This document shows positions 10,803 through 24,400 of a stretch of 64,000 nt of DNA, piece after piece (the stretch's first letter is position 1; each line of letters begins with the position of its first letter). The stretch comes from Paragordius varius. Its lineage: Eukaryota > Animalia > Nematomorpha. The notes below the pieces were generated by a model. That model did no database searches. It worked only from the letters and a program-made list of their open reading frames with translations, and was not told the origin of the DNA. Location of the stretch: positions 2,976,001 to 3,040,000 of the forward strand of contig OZ176053.1 in the NCBI GenBank assembly GCA_964247055.1. Reading direction: 5' to 3'. The translations under genes and the position numbers were made by a program.

Positions 10803-13800
10803 ATGCGATCACATGTGGATATATCACATATGTACACCCTATAGATTCGGCGAAATATATGTATGCATATTATATACCTAAATATTTACTATATAGAGTG
10901 AGAATTCAAATATATTATCAAAATACTTTTATATAACGATTAGTGAGTATAAAAAATATAAAATTAAGAAACTTGTTTTAACATTTCGATTCAAATTAAG
11001 CTAAATAACCCAGGGCAATATAAAGGTTGGTATTTTTAATAAACTACGGAAACAAACAGTTCCAAGTACATTTATGCCTTTACCCTAATAAATATAAAAG
11101 CCAATTAATAAAATTTAGATTTGGAAAAAAAGTTACGCATCGAACTACTTGGACACCATTTTTATTTTACATCATTTTCGTATATCGAGTTTATTAATTC
11201 TAAACCTAAAAATAAGCTAATATTAAAGCATCTAACACTTGGATTCCTTTCAGTCCTTTGATTCAAATTGGAATAGTTGGTATTTCAGTCCTGTTTAAAA
11301 TTAACTATTTCAAAAAATATGGATTGAATTAAAACCATGGAATTGCACTTAAATAACATTAATGAACCAAAATTTATAATATTCATTCAAAAATACTTGA
11401 TATAATTTATTTTACTGTAAAACTCAAGGTAAAAATTTAGTCAACATGACATGCGTGCATTATATAAATTTAAATACAAAGTAAACCACTTTTTCTGTCA
11501 CTATCAAAGATAAAGGGATTTAAAGCTAAAATTATCTTAATTTTAGCTTTAAAAAAAAATAAACACGGTCATAAATTTGCAAAAAAATGGCGCCGAAGTA
11601 GTTTCCTATGGAACATTTTTAAATTTTATTTAGATATTTCCAATTATTTATATAATTTTTGTTAGGATAAATTGGGACCGTTTCTTTCGATAGTTTTTAA
11701 AAATCAATAGGGGGTATTTGGATAATCGAAGTTTTAACATTACATAAACAGAATAAGTGGTATATTTTGGATTATTTTTATATTTAGCGTATGCACACAT
11801 GTCATGTTGGATAAAGTTTTTCCTTTGGGTTTGCCTCTCAACAAGTAATATTAAGTATTGAATGAATTTTTTTCATACTTTGATTGATCAATGTTAAATA
11901 AGTGCAAACTTTTGCCGTGGTTTTAATTTATTCCACATTTTTTGAAATATTTAATCTTCATGGTTCTAAAGGCTTTGAGCCGTATGAGGAGTGTAATAAA
12001 GTGATTACCACTTTTGTGGTAACTGCTCCATAACAATGGCGAAATTTGAGCTAATTGTTAAATAATTTTATTTTAAAGCTATATGCTTTAAAAATATAAC
12101 TATAAATTAAAAGAAAGAAAATTTTTTATAAAATTTTATAAGTTTTGGAACCGTCCGAAACCTGCAGTTTTTTAAAATAAAGGCAAAAAGACAGATGTTT
12201 TGCAAATAAATGCAGAGTTTGACATCAAAAAGCTATTTTATTTCAAAAATGGATGTTCAAGACCTTTTGGGGTAGTCTTGTATCCCACTTAATTTTTTAA
12301 ACAGTTTTAAAAGTTATTTGAGAATTTAATTATCAAACATTATTCCCATGTTTTAGATAAAAAAGTTTCTATATTTTACAGTTTTGTGGCTTCTAGATTC
12401 TAAAATTTAGACAGCCCCAAAACACGATTGAAACGAAGAACTGATTTTAAAATATCAGGTTTTGCTGTAAATGTAGCCGGACTTTGTAAAGTTAATTTTC
12501 TTAACATAATATACATTTATTCCTATTGAATTGCATCGATTTAAAAATATTTATAAAAATGGCAGCAAAAAAGTTTGAGATGAGGCTATTTTAACAATTT
12601 ATATTTTTTTTAAAAAAATTGTATAATGCGCCTAAAATAAAGAAAGCATATTTTATTCGGCTTAATACCTTAAATACTTTTTTAGATATCCAAATTTCAA
12701 ATTACCTTGGGATATAAAACTACCTCAAAATATAATGGAGTGTTAATATAATTTATATATTTATAAAAATGAAATATGCTGACTTTGTGATCTGTTTCCG
12801 GAAAACCGGTAGACCCATTCAAATCCAAATATCGAAAATATATAATCATTAATGAATGCCCCGACAATAGCTTCGCCCTTTTTTGAATTAGGACCCCAGT
12901 TCGGGCCCGCGCTGTGTATAAACGTTTTTTTTTAAAACTACAGTCCACAAAATCGTCCCTTTGAGACAATTTTCTGGAAAATGTGTTGCATTCGATTTCA
13001 AATATGATTATATTTTACTTATTTTGGAATGCGGCGAACATAGTCGGCTCGCTTTTTTAATTTAGGACCTCTTTTTACCCGCTCCCCGGAAAATGCTATT
13101 TTTTTTGAAAAAAACGTCCACAAAAATATTTTTTTGAATCTATTTTTCGCCCAAGGTATGAGACCGTAGAAATTTGTTAAGGATTCCAGGTATTCCCTGT
13201 TAAAAAGCAAAAATTTTAGCAGTGTTTTTTTATTGGCTGCTGTGTATGAAGAAACCCGGTAAAAACTGCTCCATCATATAGAAATAGCGTGCCTTTGGGA
13301 CTAAATTTCAAAAAACTTATCAGGCCATATGAGTTCAAAAGGGCTTAAAATATTTCCCATAAAAAAGCAAAAACTTAAGTAGCGCAGTTTTATTAAATCA
13401 CCCCTTAATTAGGCCCTTGCCCTAAAAAATGCGCCACTATGGAATGACATTTTGGTTTTGAGGCAATTTTTTGAAAATCCCACGGAGCATATGGAATCAA
13501 TCATGATTTCAGGTATTCTCCCTAAAAAGGCAAAAAGTTTAATCAAGCGCTTTGTATCAGCTCTAAAACTGCGCTACCATATGGAAATTGCGTTGTTTGG
13601 GAGTTAATTTTCAGAAAACTTATCAGCATAGGTTTAATAAGATCCTGAAATATTACCTGTAAAAAGGTAAAAATTTAAGTCGAGCGGTATCCGTTAATTA
13701 GGTCTACACCCTAAAAATGCGCCATCATTGAACTATTATTTAGTTTTAAAGCCATTCTTCTAAAAATTATTAAGAACATATGGAATGAGTGATGATTCCA

Positions 13801-15484
13801 GGCGTTCTTCTATAAAGGCAAAATTTTTTATCGAACTTTTTTATTATTGCCTCTGGGCGCCACCATATCTACAGCATGACTTTGGAGACAAATTTTGAAA
13901 ACTTATCAGCCCATATGAGTTCAAGAAGGGCTTAAAATATTACCCATAAAAAGGCAAAAATTTAAGATCGGTTTTATTAAACTACACCGCGCCACTATAG
14001 AATGACACTTTGGTTTTCAGGCAGTTTTTGGGACATCCCACGAGAGCATATGGAATCAATAATAATTCCACGTATTACCCGAATTAAGGCAAAATTAATT
14101 GAGTGTTTTTTTTCGCCCCTGGTTAGGGGGCTGCCCGCGTAAAACTGCGTCACCATATATCTATACAGCATGTCTTTGGAGCCAAATTTCAGATAACCTA
14201 TGAGATTATGTGAGTTCAATAAGAACCTAAAATATTTATTACCCCTTAAAAAACAAATATTTTAGTATAGGGGGTAATTTTAATGGGCTGCTAAGTGAAG
14301 TTTTACGCTTTAAAAAATGCGCCGCCATAGAACGATTTATTAGTTTTAAAGCAATATTTCCAAGAACCTATAGGTACATATGGAATCCATGATAATTCCA
14401 GATATTTTCCATATAAGGCAATTTAATAATGTTTCGAAATAATCCACTTTTTTCAAATAGCGGCTTCGCAGGCTCCAACTTACACCATCATGTTTACCAC
14501 GGTATAATAATTTATTACAGAAGAATTTTTTTAGCAATTTTAATTTAAAATCAACTGCCAAAATGATAGTTTATGGGTACAAAACTACTTTAAAATGTAA
14601 TTTTCTCTAAAAAATTAAAAATTAACGAATATTTTACAATTTATTTTTTTATTGTTATCCATCATATGACAAATTATATCAGTTTGCCATAACCTGCCTG
14701 ATTCAAACTTTTATTATAGATAAAGCTTACCTAGGGCGGGATTATTAATGATATGAACTCCAAATGATGTTGTTTGAGGCTAGGAATCATTTTTCTAATG
14801 TTATTTAAACACTTTTGAATCAGGGTTAGGTCTTAGCAATTTATTTAATGATCTGGCCTAATTAGGAATTGGTGAGTTGAGAACTTAACATACAACGTAG
14901 GGTTTTTTTATAATCATACGGCATTACAAAACGGACAAATTACACTAATTAAAGCGATCAACTGCATCACCAGTTATATATAGGAAATTTACAAAAGTGT
15001 GTAAGTCAAACCTCTTTCTCCATATTATTTATATACCCGATGTCAAAAATAAAGCTTTTCTACACGTTTCACCCAATAATTTCTTATGTTTTTTTATACT
15101 AAGATCATTGCTAAATAAACATTTGTTAACGTTGTTTAAATTTGATGTGCTTGGGGCCTTTATACCCTTAAACCCGCTCAATAAGATGTTTTGAGGCTTT
15201 TTTTCGCCAGAATTATGAGATCATAATAAATTGATTAGGAGGGCAGATCGCGTGTAAAGGCAAAAAATTTGCCCCCCAAGATTTACTCTAGTTATTAATA
15301 ATTAAATATAAATACATGGGGAAAAATCATAATTCTACAACACTCTGGAACATAGAAACTTTGAAAAAATCTAGCCAAGGTTGTTTTATTTAAATAGATA
15401 TTAAGCACTTCATGTTTCTAATGATACTTTTTAAGATAATTTAAAAAGTTTTTATAATTTTAATTGATATCTATTGTGAATATG

Positions 15485-18400
15485 TTATAATTTCGCATAA
15501 TGCGTCGGTTGAATATATAAGTATTCTTTTCCTGGTATTACTTTCATATCTAAAAATCAATTGAATATAAATAAGTAAATGCTAATAAGTGACAAGTATG
15601 AATGAGCTAAATAAAGCTCGGAAAACCAATTATTACCTTGTAAAAACAAATTTATTTAAAAAGTGAAAGATGAATCATATAAATTATGCATAAAAAGGGA
15701 TGATTTGTGATTGATATTTTTAAATCAGAATCATAAGATACAAACGGTTCAACATTACACAACCTCTTCGTAAAACATAAGACTCGGTATCATTTATAAA
15801 AAAATATTTTAAAATCCTCCTGTTTGTCAATAATGACTTCTAGAACGCTTATATAAAAAGGATAGAGTAAGATATCATACTTATATTTTGAGAATTATAT
15901 TTTTTATATTTTAGTATATAAACCTTAAAATCGCAAAATTTTTGCTAAAATTTATATTATAAATTTAATTATTTTACTATTAAACTCTGTGCCCCGGCAA
16001 ATTTTAAAATTTATAGGTTAAATTGGCATATGATAATCTTTTATGTATATTAAAAGCATGTAAAAGGATTTTACTAAGGTTCATCCTGATTTTTCAAATC
16101 CAAAATCAATTTTTTTCTACGTGGCTCTTTAATGCGCTCAAAATGTATTATTGCATTGTGAATCTCAATAAATTTTAATATAAAATATTCGTTTTCGTTA
16201 ACAATATTAACACAATTTATATATGTCTTATTTTTTTATTATAAAGACACTAAAAATTTACAAAAAATTGATAATTACTAGCTGGCCCTGTCACGCTTCG
16301 CTGTGACGTAGTCTAACCGATAAATATTCTTAATAATTGGCAAAAATAGAGGTAATGGAGATAAAAAAATAATAAACGTATTTAATAAAAAGAATATTTT
16401 TAATTATTCTTTTACGGGTTTTCGCATAGGCTTAAATATTGTTTACTCGCAATTGTCCATATTTAAACTGTCCCTTATTAAATTTAATATTCAACTATCA
16501 TTGGATTTATTTTAAAATTTTCGTTTTAGGAATCATGGTTAAAAGTTTTATTTTGAAATTGTGTTAGTTGGGATCAAGGGATATAAAAAGTAAATCATTT
16601 GTGTTCCCTTTTTAAAGGAAATAATGATATTATAAAAATTTCCCAGAAATTTTTAACTGAACTCGTATGGCTCCTTAAGTTTTTGAAAATGTCTCAGTTT
16701 TAAACCGGTAGACCCCTACGTATAGACCTAAATTGAAAAAAAGTCAAATTCTTTCCTTTATAGGGCAAATATTTGGAATTATCTTTGATACCATCATCTC
16801 ATAGGTTATTTGAAAAAATAACACAACACTAAAAATCGTTATATGGTGGCGTATTTTTAGGGCATAAAGGTCCCAAATTAACAGCTAATCAAAAACGCCT
16901 GACCTTTTTTACCTAGTTACGGGTAATATTTCAAGCTGGAGCTCATATGGCTTCATAAATTTTCTGTAAATTAGCTCCAGAACAACGCAATTTCTATATA
17001 GTGGCGCAGTTTTTGGCGGGTAGCTCCTAACACAGGGGTAGGTATAAAAAAGCTGTGGGGATTTGCCTTTATATGAGAATATCTGGAATTATCATGCATT
17101 CCATATGTTCCTATTAACATAGGTTTTCCGAAATTTGGCTCCAAAGGCATGCTGTATTGATATGATGACGCAGTTTTACACGGGTTCCCCCCTAACCAGG
17201 GGCGAAACAAAAAACGCTCGATTAACATTTTTGCTTTAATCCGGGTGACCTGGAACATGATTGATTCCATATGATCTCGTAAGATTTTCGAAAAATTGCC
17301 TCACCAAAAAGACATTCTATGGTGGCGCATATTTCATGGCAACAGCCTAATTAAGGGGTAATTTAATAAACCCCTTTACTTAAATTTTTGCCTTTTAACG
17401 GGTAATATTTCAAGCCTTTATTGAACTCCTATGGCCTGATAAGTTTTTTCAATTTGCCTCCAAAGTCATGCTGAATCGATATGGTGGCGCAGTTGTAGGG
17501 GGTCCCCTACACAGAGGCAAATATAAAAAATTTGGATAAAAATTTTTGCCTTTATAGAAGATTACCTGGAATCATCATTCATTCCTTATGATCTTAATAG
17601 TTTTTGGAAGAATGGCTTTCGAACTAAATAATTTAAGGATAGCGAATTTTTTAGGGCGTAAAAGGCTTAAATAACGGCTAATTAAAAAAAACCGCTAGAC
17701 TTAAATTCTTGCCTTTTTACGGGTAATATTTCAGGCACTTATTAAACTTATGTGGCCTGATAGTTTTTCTGTAAATTAACTCCTTAACAACGCAATTTCG
17801 ATATGGTGGCGCAGTTTAAGGCGGGTATCTCCTTACCCAGCCTCCAATATATAAAAAACGCACGACTAAAATTTTTGCCTTTTAACAGGGAATACCTGGA
17901 ATCCTTATCAAATTTCTCCGGTCTCATACCTTTGGCCAAAAATAAATTCAAAAAATATTTTTATGGACGTTTTTTGGAAAAAATGGTACCGGAAGAGCGG
18001 GTAAAAAGAGGGCCTAAATAAAAAAGCGAGCCGACTATGTTCGGCGCCATCGAAAAAAAGTAAAAAAATCATATTTAAAATTGAATGGTCCCACACGTTT
18101 TTCGGAAAATTGTCTCAAACACACGATTTTTGTGGACTCGTCTTTTCAAAAAAACCCCATTTTCTACAAGGGGTGGGCCCGAACTGGGGGCCTAATTCAA
18201 AAAAAGGCGAAGCTATTGTCGGGGCATTCATTAATGATTATATTTTTTCGACATTTGGATTTGAATGGGTCCACCGTTTTTTCGGAAACAGATCACAAAG
18301 CCACCAATTTCCATTTTTATAAATTGTTAGGCAAATCTGAAAGATATACTTTATTTTTATAATATTTTTCTGTGTTATATGCAAATGTGAAATACATACT

Positions 18401-21400
18401 TTGGTTATTATCATAACTTTCACCGTTATTTTGAATTGTATTATTTTTTATATTTTTTGTGTTATATGTAAATATATAACCTTTGTTACTTGAAATTTTA
18501 TTGATATAATGCAAATCATGGACAGTTAAAATTGCTATATATACACCTTAAAAAACCAAATAAATAGTTCAGTTCATTTTCACATTTCTTTTATTTATCT
18601 CTTATCTTAAAAGATAAAATAAATATATAGATTTCAGGTAATATTTAATGATAAGTTGTCAACGTAGTTTTTTTCATACTGTATATAACAATATATTTCC
18701 TATATCACTGCTGCTCAAAACATTTATCCCTTAATTTACATATTTTATATGATTTTTTCTATTAATATAACCAATCTGTAATTTTTATTTCATTAGTATT
18801 ATTGGACCATATTAAAAAGGTATAGTTCTATTTATAAATATTGGGTAATATTCGACGGTAAAATCATTCAATAAATCCCAATAATTTAATTTATTTAGCA
18901 AAATTGATTGTTCGCATCATAGCACTTCATTAAATAATATGCAACAAATTGCTATTGTTTATAAGTATTTATTATTGTGTTATATCTCTTTGATAATTTG
19001 ATATATCGCTAACATGTCGATATAATAAAGGCCACATAATTATTTTCACTCAGAGTTTCCAAAATCAGATTATTATTTGTTGTCATGTTTAGTAGGAATT
19101 TATCTTGATATTGAATATCAGGCAGTGATATTAAATGATCCATCACGTTAACCTCTATCGAATTATCGTCCTATTCATTATAGACATATATATATATAAA
19201 TATATGGATGAAATGGTGTTTTTCAAGTTACATAGTTTAATTAATTTGGTAAGTTCAAATAAATACACATGTGTTAAAATTTAATAGTTCAATTAAATAG
19301 TTATCAAATATTAAAAAAATCGATCATGTTACAATCTATGTTGTAAGATACCATAAAATATATTTATTTGCCAATTTTTAGCGATTGGACAAAACCAAAA
19401 AAATATAATATTCTGTAAAATGTTTGAGATTAGTTTAACATTTTATAAATATTGTATATCATAAAAATATGTACTGATAAATTATATATATTTTCATAAG
19501 AAAGGATATCAGAATTATCATGCTTCTTGTTTCGGCGCTTCCTATTAATGATTTAAGAGAGTTATTATTTACAGTTTTTTGCAGAAAATGGCATATTTGC
19601 GCACATTATGGTAAATAATTTTTTGATAGATAAATGATTTTATCCAAAAACTATCACTGAATAAAAAGCAAAATTTAGGTAAACTCTTATCTTTTTTCCC
19701 AGAGTCTCAGCCTATTGGACCAGATGGGCAAGTTCTCTAAACATAAAGGCAAAAAGGCGGAGATTGACGATAAAAACTTTATATGTATGATAATTTGACA
19801 TCAATAAAATTTTCCGAAAAAATATATATTTTGCTCAAAAATTTAATTTACATAAAAATTTTGGTACAGAGAGTTTTATGATATTTTGAGAGATGGTGGA
19901 AATAGTATAAATCTCTTTAGTACACTTTTTCATCAACTGAGTTTTAATTAAAAGGTTGACTTTTAATTGGGTAAATTTTTGTAAAATACAATTTAATTGA
20001 CAGAAATTTAAAAACGAACCAATATTTTTATTTAATTTAAAATTACTAATGTACAGCATCATTGAATAAAGAAAAATGATTTTATAATATTTTAAAGCGT
20101 ACCTATTCCATGATGCCTTATAAAATGTAGCATGATTTAAAAATTTGGCTAATAATTTTTAACCAAAGTATGAATCTTTTTCAAACATCCCATAATTTAG
20201 CTTATAAATAATTTAGTCGCGAATCTCTGCAATTATTTTAAAAAAATTTAGCAATTTAGAAAACCGATAAAATTTACGTAACCCATATGTAAAAATTACA
20301 TTTGCTTTTTAAATGTAATATATCATATATTTTGATGGTAATTTTTGAAATAAAGCATTTAGCTTTTACCAAAATATTTGATATAATGTGGTCTAATATT
20401 GCGATTTTTTGATGTGCAATTACCACAAAACTTCAAATTTATTATATCACTCATAAGCCGAAAAACCAAGAGCATCTAAGAATCATGATACATTTAGCTA
20501 TCAGAAATTGTATAATCAATATATTTTTTATATCCGATTTTGAAAGTATTTTCACACTTCATTACCTTTTAACTTTTTTGTTTTACCTTTTGGGGTAGTT
20601 TATCCCAGAGCTCAATTTGTAAAACTACTGTTTTGAAAGTTAATTTTTAAATTTAGATAAAAAAGCGATTATTTTTTACAGTTTTATGACTTCTTCGTCT
20701 GATGAGACAGCTCGAAAACACGATTGAAACGAACAGCTTATATTTAATAAACCTATATCAAGTTTTCCTGGTAAAATGTAGTCTGAAGATTAAAGTTAGT
20801 AACACTTTCTAACCATAATATACATTTATTTCCCTCTTGCATTGTCGATTTAAAAAAGTTTGTTGAAAAAAATGGCGGAAAAAAATTGAGGTGAGGATTT
20901 TTTTACAATTTTACATTTTTTAATAAAATATTTTTATAAACCGCTTAAAAATCTAAAAAGGCATATTTTTAGATTCGGATTAATACCTTAATTACTTTTT
21001 ATGATATTCAAATTTTAAATCGCTCTGTGATTTAAATTAATTCAAAAATAATGGAATTTTATGAGCTTAGAAGACTTGAATACATTTTATTTAATTTGGA
21101 CCAATAATGGAAACTTAAAATACTTATATTTAAGATCGCTCTGGGGTATTAAACCATAAAAACTGAAGTAATAAATAAATACCTGTGTATTTCCATACGT
21201 ACGTTCTTCACAAATTTCTTTCAGACTATCATTATCAGTAATATAACAAATGATTAACCGTAATTCCTTGTTGAATTTCAAAACGTAATGACCCTATAAT
21301 AAGTATTTGAGATTTTAAGGCACTGAGAAAGAAAAGATTTTAGTTTAAATAGGTTTTATTGCCTTTAAAGATATATTTCAATAAGAGATGCGATAATTTG

Positions 21401-24400
21401 AGTAAAAATTATACAATTATAATACACATATATAAACCGGACATTCATTCTTTAAAATCTTTTAATAATTGCTAAAGTAATATATTTTTTCATTTATACT
21501 GGAACGGTCGGAATATTGGTATTGAAAAAACTTAAATCATTAGGATTATAGGTGTATTTCCAAATTTTAAGATAATAAACAGTAGTAAAAATTGTGAATA
21601 AACAGAATTAATTTTTTTCCATATATATACTACATAATACAATTTTCAATATGAAAAAACTTACATTAAACCAAAAATCTCGAATATTATTGTATGTTAA
21701 TAATGCTTTAAACAAATCTTCGTTGGGTGCATATGACAAAAGATGTGGCTTATTTTGGGTAAGGTTCATGTAGACTAATCCATAAATATGGTTATTTTTC
21801 TTTGATAATGTGACATTCCTAATTTTATTAATATATATATATATATATTATATGATTTATTTAAATCTAATTTCTAAACATTTACTTTAACCCTTATGGG
21901 TCGTCAACACAAACAGCTTCTCAAATCGCATTTGATTCAAAAATCCGGCGAGCCGCATATAAATAGTATATCACATATATTTACTAATTATTAATCAATG
22001 TCCAAAACTGTAAGATTTTTTGCAGATAATTTACCATTTAAGTTAGCTTTTACGCCTTTAAACTTAAAAAATTAATGCATAGAGTATTTATTCTTGTAAA
22101 GTCTACATATGTTATTTAATCGACATATAATGGTTAGGTTAGTTATTAATGACATAATACAAATAATTTAAATTGGCGAAAAATGTCAATTTATTTAGTA
22201 TTTGTAATATTTAAAAATGACGCAAAATTGCAAATTTAGAACTTAGATTATATTTTGGTTTAGGAAATTTCAATCGTGGGGATGTTAGACTCTGCTCTAA
22301 TATGCCTAGCTCTAAAATCTAATTAAATAAAAAATAAAAGGGAAAATTAATAAAACCTGGCATTATATCGGTTATCTATAAGCAACTGCGAAACAATTCC
22401 TGACAAATTGTCGATTTTGCACCAATCCTTGTATAATAAGGTATCATCGATGAAATTCATTTGTTGGAAAGCTAATATGTTTAAAAAATCGACATTTTTA
22501 TAAACATAATAAAGAGTTGCTAAAATACTATTTAGTTTTCCGATTAATCAATATCTATTTGTGTAACATGAAAATTAGTTGTAATAACCTTATAATAAAA
22601 ATGAATATCTCGTTGTTTTCGGTTCTTTACACAGTGTTCATAAAAAAATAAACTGATAAAATATAAATCTTCTGATATGAAAATATATGAGAATTTTCAT
22701 GGTGCTTTTGGTTTTGGCCCTAACGAGTAATATAAGAGAGTTATTTTCACTTTTGTGGCAAGTGCACCTTATCAGAAAAGGGCAAAATTTTTGCACATAT
22801 TTAAATAATTTTTTTTCAACCAATGCTATATGCTCCATTCCAAAAAATATCACTAAAATATATTTTGAACTACATATAAAAAGCAAAACATTATTTTAAA
22901 AAAATTATAATTTTTAGATGTCGGCTCCCAACGTTTCAAGTTTTTCGCTCTTCTAAAATAGCCTAAAACAGATGAAAAAATGCCTTGCGGGATAAAAATT
23001 TTGCATATATGCTAAATTTAGATAACAACTAAAAATATTTTTTAAAAAAACTTTTTTCAAAATATTTTTTTGAAAAATTTTGTTGAAACGTAGTTCATAC
23101 CATTTTGAGGCATTAGGGAAACGATATATGAACGCTTTAAGACATTTTAAAAATACCTTTTCTACATATTTTGATTGAAACATTTGTTTGTCTTCAAAAT
23201 TAGGTTCACTCAAATTTGTGCTATTTACGAAAATTAACCAATATTTTATAGCAAACGAAACTTTTATTTTGGACGAAGTGTTATGATGATCTAAAATGTA
23301 GTTTGCGATAATGTATATCAATTTATTGATTAAAACCTTATATTTTAATGAGCTCATCAGGAGTTTTTTAAAAGTTTTTATCTATAAAACTGATAATATC
23401 ACATACGAAGAGCTCCTGGACTATTTATCCTTTATAAAACTTAATATATTTAACCATACCAACACAATCACACAAATAAAAATTAAAAATAATTTATAAA
23501 CGTAGTGTATGAAATCGGGGTTTTATATAATATCTTGATAATATATACATCTCATAAAACCGTCGAGATTATGGTGCATTTCTGGAGACCTATGAGTCAT
23601 TTAAAGATCACAAAGTCGCAAAATTAGCCCACTTTATGGTAAATATGTTTTTAGCTCAGGCATACTTGATCCTAAAAAGTTAATATTAAAATATAGTATA
23701 AGCTATTTTAAAAAGTTATATGACCAGGTGTAGTCATAAATCTTTTTTAGTTTTTAAAGGGAAATTAATTATATATTTTTAACACTTCGATTCAAATTGG
23801 GGTATCTAAATACCCCAAACTACATTTGAGTTAGGCTTTTTAAAAAAAATACTGAAGCAAACGGTCCCAATTTAAATTTATGCTTCTTTATTAATATAAA
23901 TTATATAAATATGCCAAAAAATCTAAATAAAATTTTGTTTTGAAAAAAATGTTCCATGTCAAACTACTTCGACGCCATTTTTATTTTACAAAATTTTTGC
24001 AAAATATCGTAGTCATTTAATTTTAAGGGTAAAATTAAAGCAAATTTTTTATTTAAATTATATTTAACATTGATAGAAATAGAAAAAGCGGTTAATTTTG
24101 TATTATTTTCAATTACCATTGCACACATGTCACGTTGACTAAATAATAAAAACTTTTTTTATATATTTCGGTTTTTAATGTTATATAAGTGCAAACTTTT
24201 GCCATGATTTCAATTCTTACCATATTTTTAAAGAATTTAATTTTTAATAGGCCTGGGGTATTTAACTACCCCAATTTGAATCGAAGGATTAAAATGAATG
24301 TGTTGTATCCAATTGTTAAATACTGTCCACCGGCTACATTTTTGCCAATCTTTGGGTATTAAATGAATGCTATGCCAGTTTGTGGCAAACCATTCGAGCC

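Noticed and set aside
12757-18325. A single 5.6-kb Foldback transposon with long inverted arms
   Set aside because: Each arm occurs alone elsewhere, and the plus copy has its own Helentron-like 5' and 3' ends; two independent insertions explain it better.
12697-18362. Short ORFs within the tandem-repeat elements (also 35907-36176, 54639-56083)
   Set aside because: They derive from the GC-richer repeat units, are not frame-conserved among copies, and show no Rep/helicase similarity.
22687-22899. Plus-strand ORF starting with a hydrophobic signal-like MRIFMVLLVLALT
   Set aside because: Frameshifted in the paralog (~57607), and the region resembles another old repeat at ~19.5 kb.
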